6,206 nt of DNA from Okeania sp. GTDB taxonomy: Bacteria > Cyanobacteriota > Cyanobacteriia > Cyanobacteriales > Microcoleaceae. Below the pieces are notes generated by a model, which saw only the letters and a list, made by a program, of their open reading frames with translations, made no database searches and was not told the origin of the DNA. The stretch spans positions 1 through 6,206 of the forward strand of contig NZ_JAYKGW010000256.1 in the NCBI RefSeq assembly GCF_035285525.1, written 5' to 3'. The position numbers and the translations under genes are program-made. Below, one piece after another: positions 5,567-6,206 of this stretch; the first letter of the stretch is position 1; the number at the start of each line of letters is the position of its first letter.

Positions 5567-6206
5567 TTATCTATCTGTTAATGCTTTTATATTTCATCAG
5601 CAAGCTCTATTTCCAAGAAATTATCAACGATATTTTACTTCCTGATTCCTTTATCTATCTGTTAATGCTTTTATAATTTCATCAGCCAATTCTATTTCCA
5701 AGAAATTATCAACGATATTTTACTTCCTTTTCCTTATCTATCTGTTAATGCTTTTATATTTCATCAGCCAATTCTATTTCCAAGAAATTATCAAGTTATG
5801 TTTGCCCAATATTCCGTAGTAACAAAAAAGATTATCAATGATATTTTACTTCCTTTTCCTTATCTATCTGTTAATGCTTTTATATTTCATCAGCCAATTC
5901 TATTTCCAAGAAATTATCAAGTTATATTTGCCCAATATTCCGTAGTAACAAAAAAGATTATCAATGATATTTTACTTCCTTTTCCTTATCTATCTGTTAA
6001 TGCTTTTATATTTCATCAACCAACTCTATTTCCAAGAAATTATCAAGTTATGTTTGCCAAATATTCCGTAGTAACAAAAAAGATTATCAATGATATTTTA
6101 CTTCCTTTTTCCTTATCTATCTGTTAATGCTTTTATAATTTCATCAGCCAATTCTATTTCCAAGAAATTATCAACGATATTTTACTTCCTTTTCCTTATC
6201 TATCTG
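5567..6206. repeat. Tandem direct-repeat array with 83/84-bp short units and 126/127-bp long units, truncated by the window end
   Basis: Units start at TTATCTATCTG at 5567 (84 bp), 5651 (83), 5734 (126), 5860 (126), 5986 (127), 6113 (83) and 6196 (partial). Copies are near-identical with a few substitutions and 1-bp indels. The short-unit consensus is TTATCTATCTGTTAATGCTTTTATATTTCATCAGCCAATTCTATTTCCAAGAAATTATCAACGATATTTTACTTCCTTTTCC. Confidence 0.95.

Noticed and set aside
5798-6127. 109-aa ORF with 42-aa repeats (FAQYSVVTKKIINDILLPFPYLSVNAFIFHQP.LFPRNYQV)
   Set aside because: It stays open only because three consecutive units are 126 bp (3 x 42). The same DNA repeat also occurs as 83/84-bp units, which break any frame. 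The ORF ends at 6125-6127, immediately after the 1-bp longer (127-bp) unit shifts the frame. The repeat is therefore not under reading-frame constraint.
6113-6195. Minus-strand mini-frame in the repeat unit reading NIVDNFLEIELADEIIKALTDR-stop, resembling a protein C-terminus
   Set aside because: It is open only in the two unit variants that carry TTATAATTTC (units at 5651 and 6113). The other units have a stop (GAAATATAA) in that frame. It is too short, has no start codon, and is not conserved across the array.
5567-6206. CRISPR array interpretation of the tandem repeats
   Set aside because: There are no unique spacers. Short units abut each other directly, and the 36-bp block in the long units is the same sequence three times. 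The repeat length (~82 bp) is far outside CRISPR norms, and there are no cas genes in the window.

Overview
This is a strongly AT-rich window that looks cyanobacterial. It has three copies of the HIP1 octamer GCGATCGC (1684-1691, 2296-2303, 4986-4993) and STRR-like heptamer repeats. Only about half of it is plausibly protein-coding.

Coding regions:
- Minus strand, left half: a muconolactone-isomerase-like small protein (251-562) and a 589-aa TPR protein with a C-terminal 2OG-Fe(II)-oxygenase-like domain (963-2732).
- Plus strand, right half: an HNH-family endonuclease gene ending at 4218, and a 109-aa acidic orphan (4859-5188). The HNH frame is open back to 3514 with no canonical start codon, and its motif reads DY where DH is expected.

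Structured non-coding DNA:
1. A ~120-bp cassette with a perfect TTGACA -35 and an extended -10 occurs twice in direct orientation (3031-3149 and 5221-5347). One copy lies upstream of the HNH gene.
2. The other copy lies upstream of a GC-richer leader with a long imperfect hairpin (5398-5495).
3. That leader is followed by a tandem array of 83/126-bp units, running from 5567 to the window edge, where it is truncated.
4. A ~50% G+C island with several hairpins (4381-4528) sits next to an 8-bp microsatellite (4336-4380).

I recognise no rRNA, tRNA, CRISPR-cas, transposase or known defence genes. The most interesting candidate is the promoter-leader-array locus at 5221-6206, which could be a tandem ncRNA locus or a protein-binding array. 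All functional readings of the non-coding elements are inference from sequence alone. I could run no database search, RNA fold or expression check.
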